From contig OY730414.1 of the NCBI GenBank assembly GCA_963422615.1, forward strand, positions 2,154,302 through 2,218,301: a stretch of 64,000 nucleotides of DNA. Direction: 5' to 3'. The notes under the pieces were generated by a model. The model was given only the letters and a program-made list of their open reading frames with translations. It searched no databases and had not been told where the DNA came from. Of the stretch, positions 54,096 to 64,000 are shown piece by piece; position 1 is the stretch's first letter; the number at the start of each line of letters is the position of its first letter. Source of the DNA: Longimicrobiales bacterium. GTDB lineage: Bacteria > Gemmatimonadota > Gemmatimonadetes > Longimicrobiales > Gaopeijiaceae. Made by a program: the position numbers and the translations under genes.

Positions 54096-55604
54096 GTGAT
54101 GACATCCCACGCAGCTCCGCCTCAACCAGGGTATCCCGCGGACGGTCCAGGCGATCCCGAAAGGCACTTGGATGCCCCGCCGCAGGGGCTCACGGGCACG
54201 CCCGATTGGAACGGCCCTGGAGGGATCCATCCCTCGGGTATGGCCAAGATCGCCCGGATCCTCCTGGCCGGCGACGTTGCCGTTGCGGCAGCCTGCGTGG
54301 CCGCCTTGACCACCACCTTGCCCTTCTTCGGGAACGGACAGGGCATGTCTTTCCTTGTATTCCCGATATCCACGGTAATCGGCCAAAAGGCGGGAGGAAG
54401 TTACGGCGACCGGATGTATCGTAGAAGACCGGCCGAGCTGATCCCAAGGGTGTTGGCGGGACTCGGGGCTTCTGCATTCTTCGCAAGCGCGGTCGTGCTG
54501 TACTTGCCTTCTTATGCGCTCAGCAGGTCGGCCGTGATCGCATACCATCTCCTTGCCATACCCGTATTCGTCGCTTGGCGCATCGCCACCCTGAACCGTA
54601 TCCGCGGGAGCTTGGCACCGGAGCCCGTGGCCGTGGTGGGACGAGGCAAAGGCACGGCCGAACTCGTTGACGTGGTTACCAAGGAAAACTTGTTCCGTTT
54701 GGCGATGGTACTCAGGCCGCAGTCGTCGGGTGCGATCGCCATTTCGCGAACCCGGAACGGGGTGTCTACCGAGCCTGTATTGCCCGCCAAGACAGCGACG
54801 CTGATTGCCGATGCAGGCGTGAAGCTGATCGTCTTCGCGTCTTCGGACAAGGACGCTCATGACAAACTTCACCGGCACCTGAACGGGTGCAAGCGCATGG
54901 ATGTCGATCTCCTGGACAGCGTGGCGTTCCTGGAGATGTTGACCAGAAGGTTCCCGATCCAGCATATAGAGAGTTGGCGGCCAAGTTTCTCCTATAGGTT
55001 CCCGCGCTGGGATCCGGTTTTGGAACAACGGCTCAAACGGCTACTGGACATCGTGGTTTCGGTGGTGGGCCTGCTGTTGGCCTTGCCGGTCATGTTCACG
55101 ATCGCGGTCGTTCTCCGTTTATGCTCCGGAAGCCCGGTCATTTTCAAGCAGTCGCGCACTGGTTTTCGCAACCGACCCTTCACCATGTACAAGTTTCGTT
55201 CTATGAAAAGGGCCGATCCCCACGAGATCGCTTATTGGACCCAGGAGAACGACCCGCGAATAACCAAGCTCGGGTTCCTGCTCAGGAAAACGCACCTGGA
55301 TGAGCTGCCCCAGCTGTGGAACGTCCTCAAGGGCGATATGAGCTTGGTAGGACCACGCCCGGAAAGTGAAGATATGGTAAAGCAGCTTCGTCAACAGGTT
55401 CCCGGTTACGATATCCGCCACATGAAAAAACCGGGGGTCACCGGATGGGCTCAAGTTCAGTATCGTTATGGCTCCTCCGTTGGGGACGCCCGGAAAAAGC
55501 TCCAATACGACCTTTACTACGTCCGCCACGGGAACTTCATCATGGACCTGGGGATTCTATTGAGGACGCTCAGGGTGGTGTTTACCCTGTGGGGAAGCCG
55601 CTAG
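54096..55604 (+). CDS. Polyprenyl-phosphate glycosylphosphotransferase (WcaJ/WbaP-like priming sugar transferase)
   Basis: TM N-terminus, [46 protein letters not shown] and DLYY. Start may be the ATG at 54240. Confidence 0.92.
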   Translation: MMTSHAAPPQPGYPADGPGDPERHLDAPPQGLTGTPDWNGPGGIHPSGMAKIARILLAGDVAVAAACVAALTTTLPFFGNGQGMSFLVFPISTVIGQKAGGSYGDRMYRRRPAELIPRVLAGLGASAFFASAVVLYLPSYALSRSAVIAYHLLAIPVFVAWRIATLNRIRGSLAPEPVAVVGRGKGTAELVDVVTKENLFRLAMVLRPQSSGAIAISRTRNGVSTEPVLPAKTATLIADAGVKLIVFASSDKDAHDKLHRHLNGCKRMDVDLLDSVAFLEMLTRRFPIQHIESWRPSFSYRFPRWDPVLEQRLKRLLDIVVSVVGLLLALPVMFTIAVVLRLCSGSPVIFKQSRTGFRNRPFTMYKFRSMKRADPHEIAYWTQENDPRITKLGFLLRKTHLDELPQLWNVLKGDMSLVGPRPESEDMVKQLRQQVPGYDIRHMKKPGVTGWAQVQYRYGSSVGDARKKLQYDLYYVRHGNFIMDLGILLRTLRVVFTLWGSR

Positions 55605-55694
55605 GACCCAAACGGGCATCGCCGGCACATTGCCACCCGGACGAGCTACCCTCCCAAAAGGGCTCCGGGGGTTCGCGAGGGTGCTTCGGGCAGA

Positions 55695-57137
55695 TTGGAA
55701 CCCATGATCAACACCATTGTGGTACTCGCATTCCTGGGGGTACTCCAGGCTGGATGCGTGATGTTCGTCCTCTTGCGCCCCCGGATCCGTCAGCCGTCGC
55801 TGCTGGCCTGGATCCTGGTCATCGTCGTCCTTCCCGGCATCGGAATCGCCCTGTACCTGATCCTGGGGGAGGTTCGCACCGGGAACAAGCGAAAACGCCA
55901 TCACCTTACGATCCAAAGCAACATCCGGTCCGTTTTGCAACGGGTTTGGATACAGGCGGCAGACACGGCGTTGGTGCCCCGAAGCTCTCAGGCCATCGCC
56001 CGTCTCGCATGCCTCGTGAGCAACACCCGGCCTCGAAGTGGGAACCGGCTGACGCTGCTTGCAGAAGCCGACCACTTCGTGGATGCCCTTGTGCAAGACA
56101 TTTGCAGCGCCGAAAGGCACGTCCACCTGCTTTTCTACATCTACCTGGAAGACAGTGTTGGCCGGGCCATTGCGGACGCCCTTACCCGGGCGGCGGCCCG
56201 GGGGGTGGACTGCCGCGTTCTCGTCGATAACGTGGGGTCGGCGGATTTTCTCAAGTCGAAGCTCTGCCAGAGCCTGAAGTCCGCCGGAGTAAGGATCGCC
56301 GCGGCCTTGCCCACTCGAATCACGCAGATCGCCGCGATCCGGTTTGACATGAGAAACCACCGCAAGATCGCCGTGGTAGACGGAAGGCTGGGCTACACGG
56401 GAAGCCACAATCTCGCCGACGAGAACTTTCACCCCAAACCCAGGTTCGCACCGTGGATCGACGCTACCCTGCGGATCGAAGGCCCCGCGGTGCGCGATCT
56501 CCAGACGCTCTTCGTCGAAGACTGGTTCATGGATACGGGGGAGCGCCTGGATCCTATCCTTGCGATCGTCCCCCCGAGCTTCTCCGACGGCACCACTGTA
56601 CAGATCGTCGGGAGTGGTGTGAACTCGGAAAACCAGGCCCTGGTGCGGGTGATCCAGTCCGCCGTACACATGGCCCGGGAAGAGCTGATCCTCACCACCC
56701 CTTACTTCGGACCTGACGAAGGAACGCTGGCCGCCCTGACCACTGCGGCCATGCGGGGCGTCCGAACCATCATCGTCGTGCCCGCAAGAAACGATTCGCC
56801 GTTGGTCGCCCTGGCCAGTCGAAGCTTCTACCAGACCCTTCTCGACGCGGGCGTGGAAGTTCACGAGTTCACCCAGGGACTCCTTCATGCCAAGACGATC
56901 ACCGTAGACCGTGACTTCGCACTGGTCAGCACGGCCAACCTGGACCGCCGGAGCTTCGACATAAACTTCGAACTCTCCACGCTGATCTACGACAGCGACT
57001 TCGCTTCGGAACTCCGCCTCCTGCAGAAGCGCTACCTGGAGGACTGCACGCCGGTAGACGCCGCCAATTGGAAGGCCCGACGCTGGCACCGGAAGCTGGC
57101 CGAGAATGTGGCCGGGCTGGTAAGTCCCCTGCTTTGA
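55695..57137 (+). CDS. cls: Cardiolipin synthase
   Basis: Two N-terminal TM helices; HKD motifs NHRKIAVVDG and LHAKTITVD; NLDRRSF. Confidence 0.93.
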   Translation: MEPMINTIVVLAFLGVLQAGCVMFVLLRPRIRQPSLLAWILVIVVLPGIGIALYLILGEVRTGNKRKRHHLTIQSNIRSVLQRVWIQAADTALVPRSSQAIARLACLVSNTRPRSGNRLTLLAEADHFVDALVQDICSAERHVHLLFYIYLEDSVGRAIADALTRAAARGVDCRVLVDNVGSADFLKSKLCQSLKSAGVRIAAALPTRITQIAAIRFDMRNHRKIAVVDGRLGYTGSHNLADENFHPKPRFAPWIDATLRIEGPAVRDLQTLFVEDWFMDTGERLDPILAIVPPSFSDGTTVQIVGSGVNSENQALVRVIQSAVHMAREELILTTPYFGPDEGTLAALTTAAMRGVRTIIVVPARNDSPLVALASRSFYQTLLDAGVEVHEFTQGLLHAKTITVDRDFALVSTANLDRRSFDINFELSTLIYDSDFASELRLLQKRYLEDCTPVDAANWKARRWHRKLAENVAGLVSPLL

Positions 57138-58207
57138 GCCCCCTCGGCCCGGACACGGCTTCCCGGGTGGCGGCGGAGTGGGCCCGGTCGCGCCCGAGCG
57201 TTCCCAGGGGACCGGAGGTCCTGGTCCTGGGGGACGCCTCCGCCCATCTCGCCTGTGCCCTTGAGGACTCGGGATTTCTGGTCACTCGGTGGCACCGGTT
57301 CGCGACAGAGCATCCGGGCAACGGGGCGTCGTGGCCGCCGCCAGGCCCGTTTCGGGAGGTCTGGGTGCGGATGCCCCGGTCGGGCCGAGAAGCCTCCATG
57401 CTCCTCCACGCCGCCGCGCATCGGGTCGGAAATGGGGATCACGTCTTCGTATTCGGAGCCAGGAACGAGGGAATTCGGTCTGTCGCTCGGCGGGTGCCCG
57501 CCGGTACCGAACCTCCCCGGACCCTGCGGGTCAAGCGCCGCTGCCGGGTCCTTTGTGCGCAAAGGACGGGGCCGCCCCCGCGCCCCGACGGACTGCAAGA
57601 ATGGGCCGTCCGGGCGAAAATCGACTGGGGAACGGGGAAGCGGCCGTGGACCTTCTACCCTGGTGTCTTCGCCTGCGGCCGGCTGGACCCGGCTACCCAG
57701 CTTCTCATCGACCGTCTGCCCCGACTCCCCGGAGGAGCTCGGGTGTTGGACTATGGCGGGGGAACCGGCATCATCGCCGCGGCTGCCCTGGAGCGTGCCA
57801 AGGGTGACATCTCGGTCCAACTTCTGGATCCAGACCTCATTTCCCTGGCCGCCGCCGCCCGGAACGTCCCGGGGGTAACGCGCATTCCGGGGCAGAACCT
57901 GGCCCCCGTGACCGGGCTCTTCGACCTGATCGTCTCCAATCCGCCGGTCCACGCGGGAAGCAACGAGAGCACGGCGGTCCTGGCCGAGCTGGGGAGGGGC
58001 GCTCCCGCCGCATTGGCTGGCGGCGGCCGACTGTTGCTCGTGACCCAACGGAGACTCCCCGCCCAGCGTCTCCTGAGCAGACACTTCCGGGAGGTCGAGA
58101 CCGAGGCCGATCGGGGTCCCTTCCGGGTATGGTCGGCCTCCGGTCGCCGCAGGAGAGCCCCCCGCCGACGACAAACCAAGCCTCAGCCGTACCGGCCTTC
58201 AATGTAG
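57134..58207 (+). CDS. Class I SAM-dependent methyltransferase, RsmC-like
   Basis: PGVFACGRLDPATQLL, VLDYGGGTG and DLIVSNPPVH. Confidence 0.82.
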   Translation: MSPLGPDTASRVAAEWARSRPSVPRGPEVLVLGDASAHLACALEDSGFLVTRWHRFATEHPGNGASWPPPGPFREVWVRMPRSGREASMLLHAAAHRVGNGDHVFVFGARNEGIRSVARRVPAGTEPPRTLRVKRRCRVLCAQRTGPPPRPDGLQEWAVRAKIDWGTGKRPWTFYPGVFACGRLDPATQLLIDRLPRLPGGARVLDYGGGTGIIAAAALERAKGDISVQLLDPDLISLAAAARNVPGVTRIPGQNLAPVTGLFDLIVSNPPVHAGSNESTAVLAELGRGAPAALAGGGRLLLVTQRRLPAQRLLSRHFREVETEADRGPFRVWSASGRRRRAPRRRQTKPQPYRPSM

Positions 58208-58968
58208 TCCGCTGTCTCCTGGTGCTTCGGGGTCAGGAAGACGGCTTCGGCCCGTCCGTGCTCGATGATCCGACCCATGAACATGAACACGCACTCGTCG
58301 GAGGCCCGCCGGGCCTGGGCCATGTTGTGAGTGACCAGGAGAATCGTGTAGTCGCCCCGCAGGTTCCAGATCATTTCTTCTACCGCCTCGGTTCCTGCCG
58401 GGTCCAGCGCCGAACAAGGCTCGTCCATGAGAAGGACTTTGGGCTTCACGGGCAGGAGCCGTGCAATGCACAATTTCTGCCGCTCCTCCAGGGACAGTTC
58501 CGTGGCCCTTCGGCCCAGCCGATCCTTGACCGAGTGCCAGAGCAACACCCGCCGCAGGGCCGATTCCAGTACTTCCTCTTCCTCCGAAGCGGACACCTTT
58601 CGCCGGCGCGCCTCGTGGAGGCGAAAGCCGAAGAGCACGTTGTCCCGGATGGAAACGGGGAGCGGGTTGGGGCGCTGGAAGACCATGCCCACCTGCTTGC
58701 GCAACTGAACGAGCTCCACGTCCTCACCGAAGATATCCGTGCCGAGCACTTGCACGCTCCCGCTCGTGCGCACATACCCCAGTCGCTCGACAATGCGGTT
58801 GCACGTCCTGAGCAGGGTGGACTTGCCACACCCCGAGGGGCCGATCATGGACGTGATGATCCCCTTTTTGACCTCGAGATCGACATCGAAGAGAGCTTGG
58901 AAACTGCCGTACCAGAGGTTGAGACCCCGGGTCTCCACAGCAAGCCTCCCAACGTCCGGGTCAGCCAA
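58183..58968 (-). CDS. pstB: Phosphate ABC transporter ATP-binding protein with a degenerate ABC signature
   Basis: GPSGCGKST, MVFQRPNP, LSLEERQK, MDEPCSALDP, VTHN and YIEGRYG. Confidence 0.92.
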   Translation of the reverse strand: MADPDVGRLAVETRGLNLWYGSFQALFDVDLEVKKGIITSMIGPSGCGKSTLLRTCNRIVERLGYVRTSGSVQVLGTDIFGEDVELVQLRKQVGMVFQRPNPLPVSIRDNVLFGFRLHEARRRKVSASEEEEVLESALRRVLLWHSVKDRLGRRATELSLEERQKLCIARLLPVKPKVLLMDEPCSALDPAGTEAVEEMIWNLRGDYTILLVTHNMAQARRASDECVFMFMGRIIEHGRAEAVFLTPKHQETADYIEGRYG

Positions 58969-59782
58969 AACGTCCCTCGATGTACCCTTGGGTCCGCGGG
59001 TCCTTGACCTTGCCTTCGAAAAGGGCCTCGGTGGCGCCGACTTCCACCAGTTCGCCGTTCAGGAAGAACGCGGTCCTGTCCGCCAGGCGGCGAGCCTGCT
59101 GCACAAGGTTGGTGACAAGCACGATGGTAATCTCGGAACGGAGCTCCTTCAGCACGTCTTCGATCCGCATGGTTGTCACCGGATCCACAGCGATGGAGAA
59201 TTCGTCCAGCAGCAGGAGCTCCGGCTCTTGGGACAGGGCGCGGGCGATGGTGAGACGCTGCTGTTGTCCGCCGGAAAGGAGGCTGCCCAGGGAACCCAGG
59301 CGATCCTTGACTTCGTCCCAAAGGGCGGCCCGGGTCAGACACCGCTCGACGACCTCGTCCAGCTCGGCCTTCCTGCGCAGCCCGCGAAGGCGGGGAGCGA
59401 AGGCGACATTCTCGTAAATGCTCAGCGGCAGGCCCACCGGAAGCGGAAAGACGACCCCGATCCGGCGTCGCAGCGCGTACACATTCCGCAAAGCACTGGT
59501 GTCCTTTCCGTTGATGAAAACCTTACCCCCCACCTTCATGCCGACATTGAATTCGTCCATCCGGGTCAACGCCCGCAGGAACGAAGTCCTGCCGCTGTTG
59601 GAAGGCCCGATGATTCCGAAGATTTCGTTCCGGAAAATGTCCAGCGTGACGTTGCGGAGGGCCTGCGTTGCGCGATAGAAGATGGAAAGGTCCCGGACCT
59701 GGACCACGGGCACCGCTTCGGCGCCGGGCGCGAAGGAGCCCGGACCCCCGCCGACGCCCGTCTGCTCCGTTGCGGCTACCAC
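58961..59782 (-). CDS. pstB: Phosphate ABC transporter ATP-binding protein with degenerate Walker A and H-switch
   Basis: GPSNSGRTS, LSGGQQQR, LDEFSIAVDP, VTNL and YIEGRFG. Confidence 0.9.
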   Translation of the reverse strand: MVAATEQTGVGGGPGSFAPGAEAVPVVQVRDLSIFYRATQALRNVTLDIFRNEIFGIIGPSNSGRTSFLRALTRMDEFNVGMKVGGKVFINGKDTSALRNVYALRRRIGVVFPLPVGLPLSIYENVAFAPRLRGLRRKAELDEVVERCLTRAALWDEVKDRLGSLGSLLSGGQQQRLTIARALSQEPELLLLDEFSIAVDPVTTMRIEDVLKELRSEITIVLVTNLVQQARRLADRTAFFLNGELVEVGATEALFEGKVKDPRTQGYIEGRFG

Positions 59783-60645
59783 TTCTTCAACCCCCGGAGA
59801 TAGACGCGGAACCCGATGGAGACCGCGTTCATGAGGAGCACGATGGAAACCAGGACCAGCGCCACGCCGAAGGGGAGCTCCGGAGGCACATCAGGCGTCT
59901 GGGTTGCGATCACGTACAGGTGGAGCGACATGGCCATGGTCTGGTCCAAGACGCTCTGGGGAAGGAAGGGGACGAACATGGCCGCTCCGGTGAACATGAT
60001 GGGCGCGGTTTCGCCGGCGGTGCGGGATACCTCCAGAATGACGCCGGTTAGAATGCCGCTGACCGAGTTGGGGAGTACGACCTTGCGGATCGTCTGCCAG
60101 CGGGTGGCGCCCATGTTCCAGCACGCTTCCCGGAACGCCTGCGGAACCGCCTGGAGGGATTCCCGGGTGGCCACGATGACGACGGGGAGGGTCATGACCG
60201 CCAGCGTGAGGCTAGCAGCCAGGATGCTGGTCCCGAAGCGGAAGAAGAGCACAAACGCGCCGAATCCGAAGAGCGCGTGGACGATGGAGGGCACCCCGGC
60301 CAGGTTGATGATCGCCAGATTGATGGCCCGGGTCAGGAGGTTGTCCGGGGCGTATTCGCTCAGGTAGAGGGCCGCGGCCACGCCTATGGGCACCGACGCC
60401 AACAGGGCCACCACCACCAGCCAGACCGTGCCGACCAAGGCCGGGAGGATCCCGCCTTCTGTCATGCCGTTGGAGGGGGGCGAAAAGAGGAACTCCCACG
60501 AAATTGACGGGGCCCCCCGGACCACGAGGGTACCCATGATCAGCAGCACGGGGATCACGAGGGTCATCGTCATCAGGAAGAAAACGACCCTCGCAAGGGC
60601 TTGCGTGCGGTAGCTGCGGCGGTTCAGGGGCGTCGCGCCGAACAC
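59776..60645 (-). CDS. pstA: Phosphate ABC transporter permease PstA
   Basis: YLSEYA, LAGVPSIV, GATRWQT and RTAGETAP. Confidence 0.94.
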   Translation of the reverse strand: MFGATPLNRRSYRTQALARVVFFLMTMTLVIPVLLIMGTLVVRGAPSISWEFLFSPPSNGMTEGGILPALVGTVWLVVVALLASVPIGVAAALYLSEYAPDNLLTRAINLAIINLAGVPSIVHALFGFGAFVLFFRFGTSILAASLTLAVMTLPVVIVATRESLQAVPQAFREACWNMGATRWQTIRKVVLPNSVSGILTGVILEVSRTAGETAPIMFTGAAMFVPFLPQSVLDQTMAMSLHLYVIATQTPDVPPELPFGVALVLVSIVLLMNAVSIGFRVYLRGLKKW

Positions 60646-60650
60646 TTCAC

Positions 60651-61583
60651 CTAGTCCTTCCCGGTTCTTCGAACCACGATGTCCGCAGTCAGGTTGATCA
60701 CGAAGGTCACGACAAAGAGGAGGATACCCAGGGTGAAGAGGACCCCCCAGTGGTCCGAACCCTCCGCGGTGTCGCCCAGCTCCGCTGCGATGGTGGCCGT
60801 CAGCGCCCGGACCGAGTCGAAGGGACTCGTGGGAATGTTGATCGCGTGTCCCGACGCCATGAGAACGGCCATGGTCTCCCCGAAACCCCGGCCCACACCC
60901 AGAAGCACTGCAGCAAGCAGACCGTTCCTGCTGGCGGGAATCACGACCCTCCAGACGACTTCCCAGCGGGTCGCACCCAGGGCCTCCGCCGCTTCACGGT
61001 ACGAATCCGGCACCGCCTTGAGGGCATCCTCGGCGATGGTGGCCATGATCGGCGCCGCCATGAAGCCCAGGATGAGGCCGGCGTTCAGGGCGCTCAATCC
61101 CACGGATACATCGAAAATACGGATGATCAGCGGGTTCATGATGGACATGCCGATGAAGCCCCACACCACCGACGGGATCGCGGCCAGCGTCTCCACCAGG
61201 ACCTTGAGTGCCTCCCGGGATTTGCCGGTGGCGAACTCGGCGATGTACAAGGCCGCGCCCAAGGCGAGGGGCACGGAGAAGACCATGGCCAAGCCCGTAA
61301 CGCTGGCCGTTCCCACGATCAGGGCAAGGGCACCATACGTCGGGTTGTTCGAAGCGGGTCGCCAAGCGATCGACGTGAAGAACTCCCCGATATCCAGGGA
61401 CCCCAGTACGAAGTCCAGCCCCTCCTTGGTGACGAAGAGGAAAATCCCCGCAACGAAGACAATCGCCGATACGCCACCCGCGAAGATGATGAGGCGGGCG
61501 GCCCGGTCGACGTACCACGCGGGGTCCCGGCGGTCCATTGCGTCCGGCCCGGGAGCCGGTTCTGAATGGGGAGGCGAACTCAA
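60651..61583 (-). CDS. pstC: Phosphate ABC transporter permease PstC
   Basis: LAAIPSVVWG, EAAEALGATRW and GRGFGETMAV. Confidence 0.94.
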   Translation of the reverse strand: MSSPPHSEPAPGPDAMDRRDPAWYVDRAARLIIFAGGVSAIVFVAGIFLFVTKEGLDFVLGSLDIGEFFTSIAWRPASNNPTYGALALIVGTASVTGLAMVFSVPLALGAALYIAEFATGKSREALKVLVETLAAIPSVVWGFIGMSIMNPLIIRIFDVSVGLSALNAGLILGFMAAPIMATIAEDALKAVPDSYREAAEALGATRWEVVWRVVIPASRNGLLAAVLLGVGRGFGETMAVLMASGHAINIPTSPFDSVRALTATIAAELGDTAEGSDHWGVLFTLGILLFVVTFVINLTADIVVRRTGKD

Positions 61584-62656
61584 TCGTCGTCCCGGACTCC
61601 GAGAGTCGTCATGAGATCCCGAATGCGGTCCATCAGCGCAAGATAGAGCGTCTGGGAGTCGGTTTCAGACGCCTCCGCCTCCGCCGGATCCCACTGCAGC
61701 GTAATGGTCCGAAGGGGAACATTCTCCACGTAGCTGGCCGGGTCCCGTCCCAGTCCCACAATGACGTGGTAGTGCCGGGAGACGTCCATGGCATCGTCCA
61801 GGGACCGGGGGACGGCTTGATCCGGAAGCGGGATGCCCCGCCGCCGACAGAAGTCAAGCAAGCGAGGGTTGAATGCTGGAGCGGGGGTTCGCCCTGCCGA
61901 GCGAAAGCAAGCGGCATCCGGATAGCCCGCTGCTGCCGCCAACTCCGCCAACTTGCTCGTAAGGGCGTTGTCCCCGTCCACGAAGAGAATCCGGTACCGC
62001 TTCGCCTCTTTGCGGGTACCGGTAACCGCAAACAGAGTGAGCTCGCAGGCGTTGTCCGCCTGGTCGGCCGCCCGGGCCAACAGGCGAAGAATCAGCATGG
62101 ACCCGAATAGATCCCGTATGGGTCGGGAATCCGATTCCGCTGCCGCCACCAGTGCTTCGTACGCATAGCGGTAGGTGGCCGCCGTCTGAGACGCCGCTCC
62201 CAGGCCGACCCGGGCCTTGCCAACGTCTCCCTCAAGAAACCCCTCCACCGAGATCCCCACCGCCCGGATGGCCTGCTCCCCCATCATTTCGATGTCCCGG
62301 GCAATGCTTTCGGGGAGGGGCTCCTTCAACTGGAGCACCACCCGACTGATGGCGCTGGCATAGTCCCCCGTCCGCTCCAAGGCGACGGAGAGCCGGAGAA
62401 CCGCGGAAATGAAGCGCAGATGGCCACCGATCGGAAGGTGTCGGGCAACGAACAGATGACACAGGTGGTCGAGATTGTTCAGGTGCTCGTTCACCGCCCG
62501 GTCTTTGAGGACGGTCTCGTTTGCAAGGGCCCGATCGCCCTCGAGGACGGCTCGGACAGCGTGCCGAAGGTTGTCCTCTATGTCTCTTCCGACCTTCTGC
62601 AACCGGGTTCGAATGGTGAGAAGATCGGCTTCGAGCCGGGCCTCGTAGTGGCTCAC
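61580..62656 (-). CDS. phoU: PhoU fused to a C-terminal LMW-phosphatase/arsenate-reductase-like domain
   Basis: Two PhoU repeats (DRAVN, LERTGDYA, LARAADQADN), then RILFVDGDNALTSKLAE...FRSAG...W. Confidence 0.85.
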   Translation of the reverse strand: MSHYEARLEADLLTIRTRLQKVGRDIEDNLRHAVRAVLEGDRALANETVLKDRAVNEHLNNLDHLCHLFVARHLPIGGHLRFISAVLRLSVALERTGDYASAISRVVLQLKEPLPESIARDIEMMGEQAIRAVGISVEGFLEGDVGKARVGLGAASQTAATYRYAYEALVAAAESDSRPIRDLFGSMLILRLLARAADQADNACELTLFAVTGTRKEAKRYRILFVDGDNALTSKLAELAAAAGYPDAACFRSAGRTPAPAFNPRLLDFCRRRGIPLPDQAVPRSLDDAMDVSRHYHVIVGLGRDPASYVENVPLRTITLQWDPAEAEASETDSQTLYLALMDRIRDLMTTLGVRDDD

Positions 62657-63543
62657 GGACAGGCCGTCTCCTGGACGGGAGCGTAGCCCCGTTCGAGAAT
62701 CAGGCACTGGCCCACGTCGGAAAGGATCCAGTCCATGTATTCCTTGATCGCCCCCTGGGGTTCGCCAGCCGTGTACATGAACAAGGGACGGGCAATCGGA
62801 TAGCTGCCGTCGACCGCCGTCTCCACGGTCGGAGCCACGCAGGCTGCCCCCTCTCCGTGGGTCACGCAGGGCATACCGACGTGCTCGGTCGCATACGCAA
62901 GGCCGCTGTAGCCGATGGCGCAGGGCGTGTTCTCTACCAACTCAACGACATCCTTGGAGCCGTGCATATCCCGGGACCCCAGCTTGTATTCGCGATCGTC
63001 ACCCAGAACGGCCTCCTTGAAGTAGACGTACGTGCCCGAGTTGTTCTGGCGGCTGATCCGAACGATCTCGTCGGAGGTGCACCCCGGGATCGACACTCCC
63101 AGATCCGACCATTTCTCGGCAGCTCCACCCTCTCCATAGACGGCCCGAAGTTGGTCCACGGTCACAGCCTCGATCGGATTGTCTTCGTGGAGGTAGATGG
63201 CAAGCGCGTCGTATCCGACAACGAATTCCATCGGCGCAACCCCGTTCTCCCGCGCCGACGCCAGCTCCGACTCCCGCATCTTGCGAGAGGAGTTGACGAT
63301 ATCGACGGTTCCGTTGATCATGGCGGAGATTCCGGTCCCCGAACCCCCACCCGTCACCGCCACCGCCACCGCCGGGTTGATGACGCTGTACGCCTCCGCC
63401 CATGCCTGGGCCACGTTCAGCAGGGTGTCGGAGCCCTTGTTCTGGATGACCGTCCGCTGCATTCGGTCCTGGCCTGTGCAGGCCAGGATCGCAACCGTCG
63501 CAAGAAGGAAGATTCGCTCCGGGTTTCTCTTGATTCCGCTCAT
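62653..63543 (-). CDS. pstS: Phosphate ABC transporter substrate-binding lipoprotein PstS
   Basis: ILAC lipobox, GSDT, GGGSGTG, RQNNSGT and YPIARPL. Confidence 0.94.
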   Translation of the reverse strand: MSGIKRNPERIFLLATVAILACTGQDRMQRTVIQNKGSDTLLNVAQAWAEAYSVINPAVAVAVTGGGSGTGISAMINGTVDIVNSSRKMRESELASARENGVAPMEFVVGYDALAIYLHEDNPIEAVTVDQLRAVYGEGGAAEKWSDLGVSIPGCTSDEIVRISRQNNSGTYVYFKEAVLGDDREYKLGSRDMHGSKDVVELVENTPCAIGYSGLAYATEHVGMPCVTHGEGAACVAPTVETAVDGSYPIARPLFMYTAGEPQGAIKEYMDWILSDVGQCLILERGYAPVQETACP

Positions 63544-63675
63544 TTATGTCTACCTCACTCTCGGTTTGGTTTTCGTGTCTTTTGGATTTGGTGGGATCGG
63601 ACAGACGAGAATCGAACCGTCGTCACCAATCTGCACGCGCACTGTGACGAAGCGGTACCGAAGGGGTGCAGGAGA

Positions 63676-64000
63676 TCAGAAGTATACGTAGGCTTGCAGC
63701 TTGAAGGAGTACTCCGATTCCCCTGTCCGAGGGTCGTAGAAGTCAAGATTGGCACCGATTCGGTTTTTCCCCCACACGTAAAGGAACACGCCGGGAGTGA
63801 CGAGAAGCCCGGCGTCGCCTTCCGTGGTCCTGGTGGGGTCGGCCCAGCCGATCCGGAATATGGGCTCCGCGGCGGCGAATCGGGCTCCCTTCAGGTGGAC
63901 GTAGTGGCTGACGATCGCCTGAAGCGCCAAGAATTCATGGTCCGCGCCCGACGTTTGCATTCGCCAGTTGTCGCCGGCGACCACGCCCAGCTGGAAGTGG
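63676..64000 (-). CDS. C-terminal part of an outer-membrane beta-barrel protein, probably a phosphate-selective porin; partial
   Basis: Alternating amphipathic strands, terminal aromatic KLQAYVYF, and position at the head of the pst operon. Confidence 0.55.
   Translation of the reverse strand, partial: HFQLGVVAGDNWRMQTSGADHEFLALQAIVSHYVHLKGARFAAAEPIFRIGWADPTRTTEGDAGLLVTPGVFLYVWGKNRIGANLDFYDPRTGESEYSFKLQAYVYF

Overview
This is a 64 kb, very GC-rich bacterial chromosomal segment, mostly on the minus strand. Gene content and order resemble Gemmatimonadota (inference). The left end (1-9.4 kb) is a DISARM-class-I-like defence locus: an SNF2 helicase, a large m6A methyltransferase and a long DEAD/DEAH helicase that runs off the window, preceded by a PIN/VapC toxin remnant. 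The most striking signal is inside the methyltransferase. Its presumed target-recognition region holds two arrays of tandem, diverged peptide cassettes (2 and 3 copies). Each array sits directly behind a slippage-prone repeat, G10 and (GACA)11. In both arrays the first cassette lies intact in the +1 frame and is currently read as stop-free junk, while later cassettes are in frame. A smaller version of the same layout (C9 tract plus a frame-offset 25-bp duplication) occurs in a HARE-HTH/Mrr nuclease gene at 17 kb. The rest is housekeeping and accessory: mscS, thiI, a threonine dehydratase, an aldo/keto reductase, several peptidases (S9, two M28, S46), two tandem DUF1592-DUF1552-ankyrin triplets, rluD, ileS (GxHH-type IleRS2), PNP, yggS, tonB-exbD-exbD-exbB, cdaA, ftsH-hpt-tilS, a proX-like gene, a priming glycosyltransferase, cls and an rsmC-like gene. 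The pst operon at the right end has two complementarily degenerate PstB ATPases and a PhoU fused to a Cys-less LMW-phosphatase/ArsC-like domain. I recognised no rRNA, tRNA, CRISPR array or transposase.
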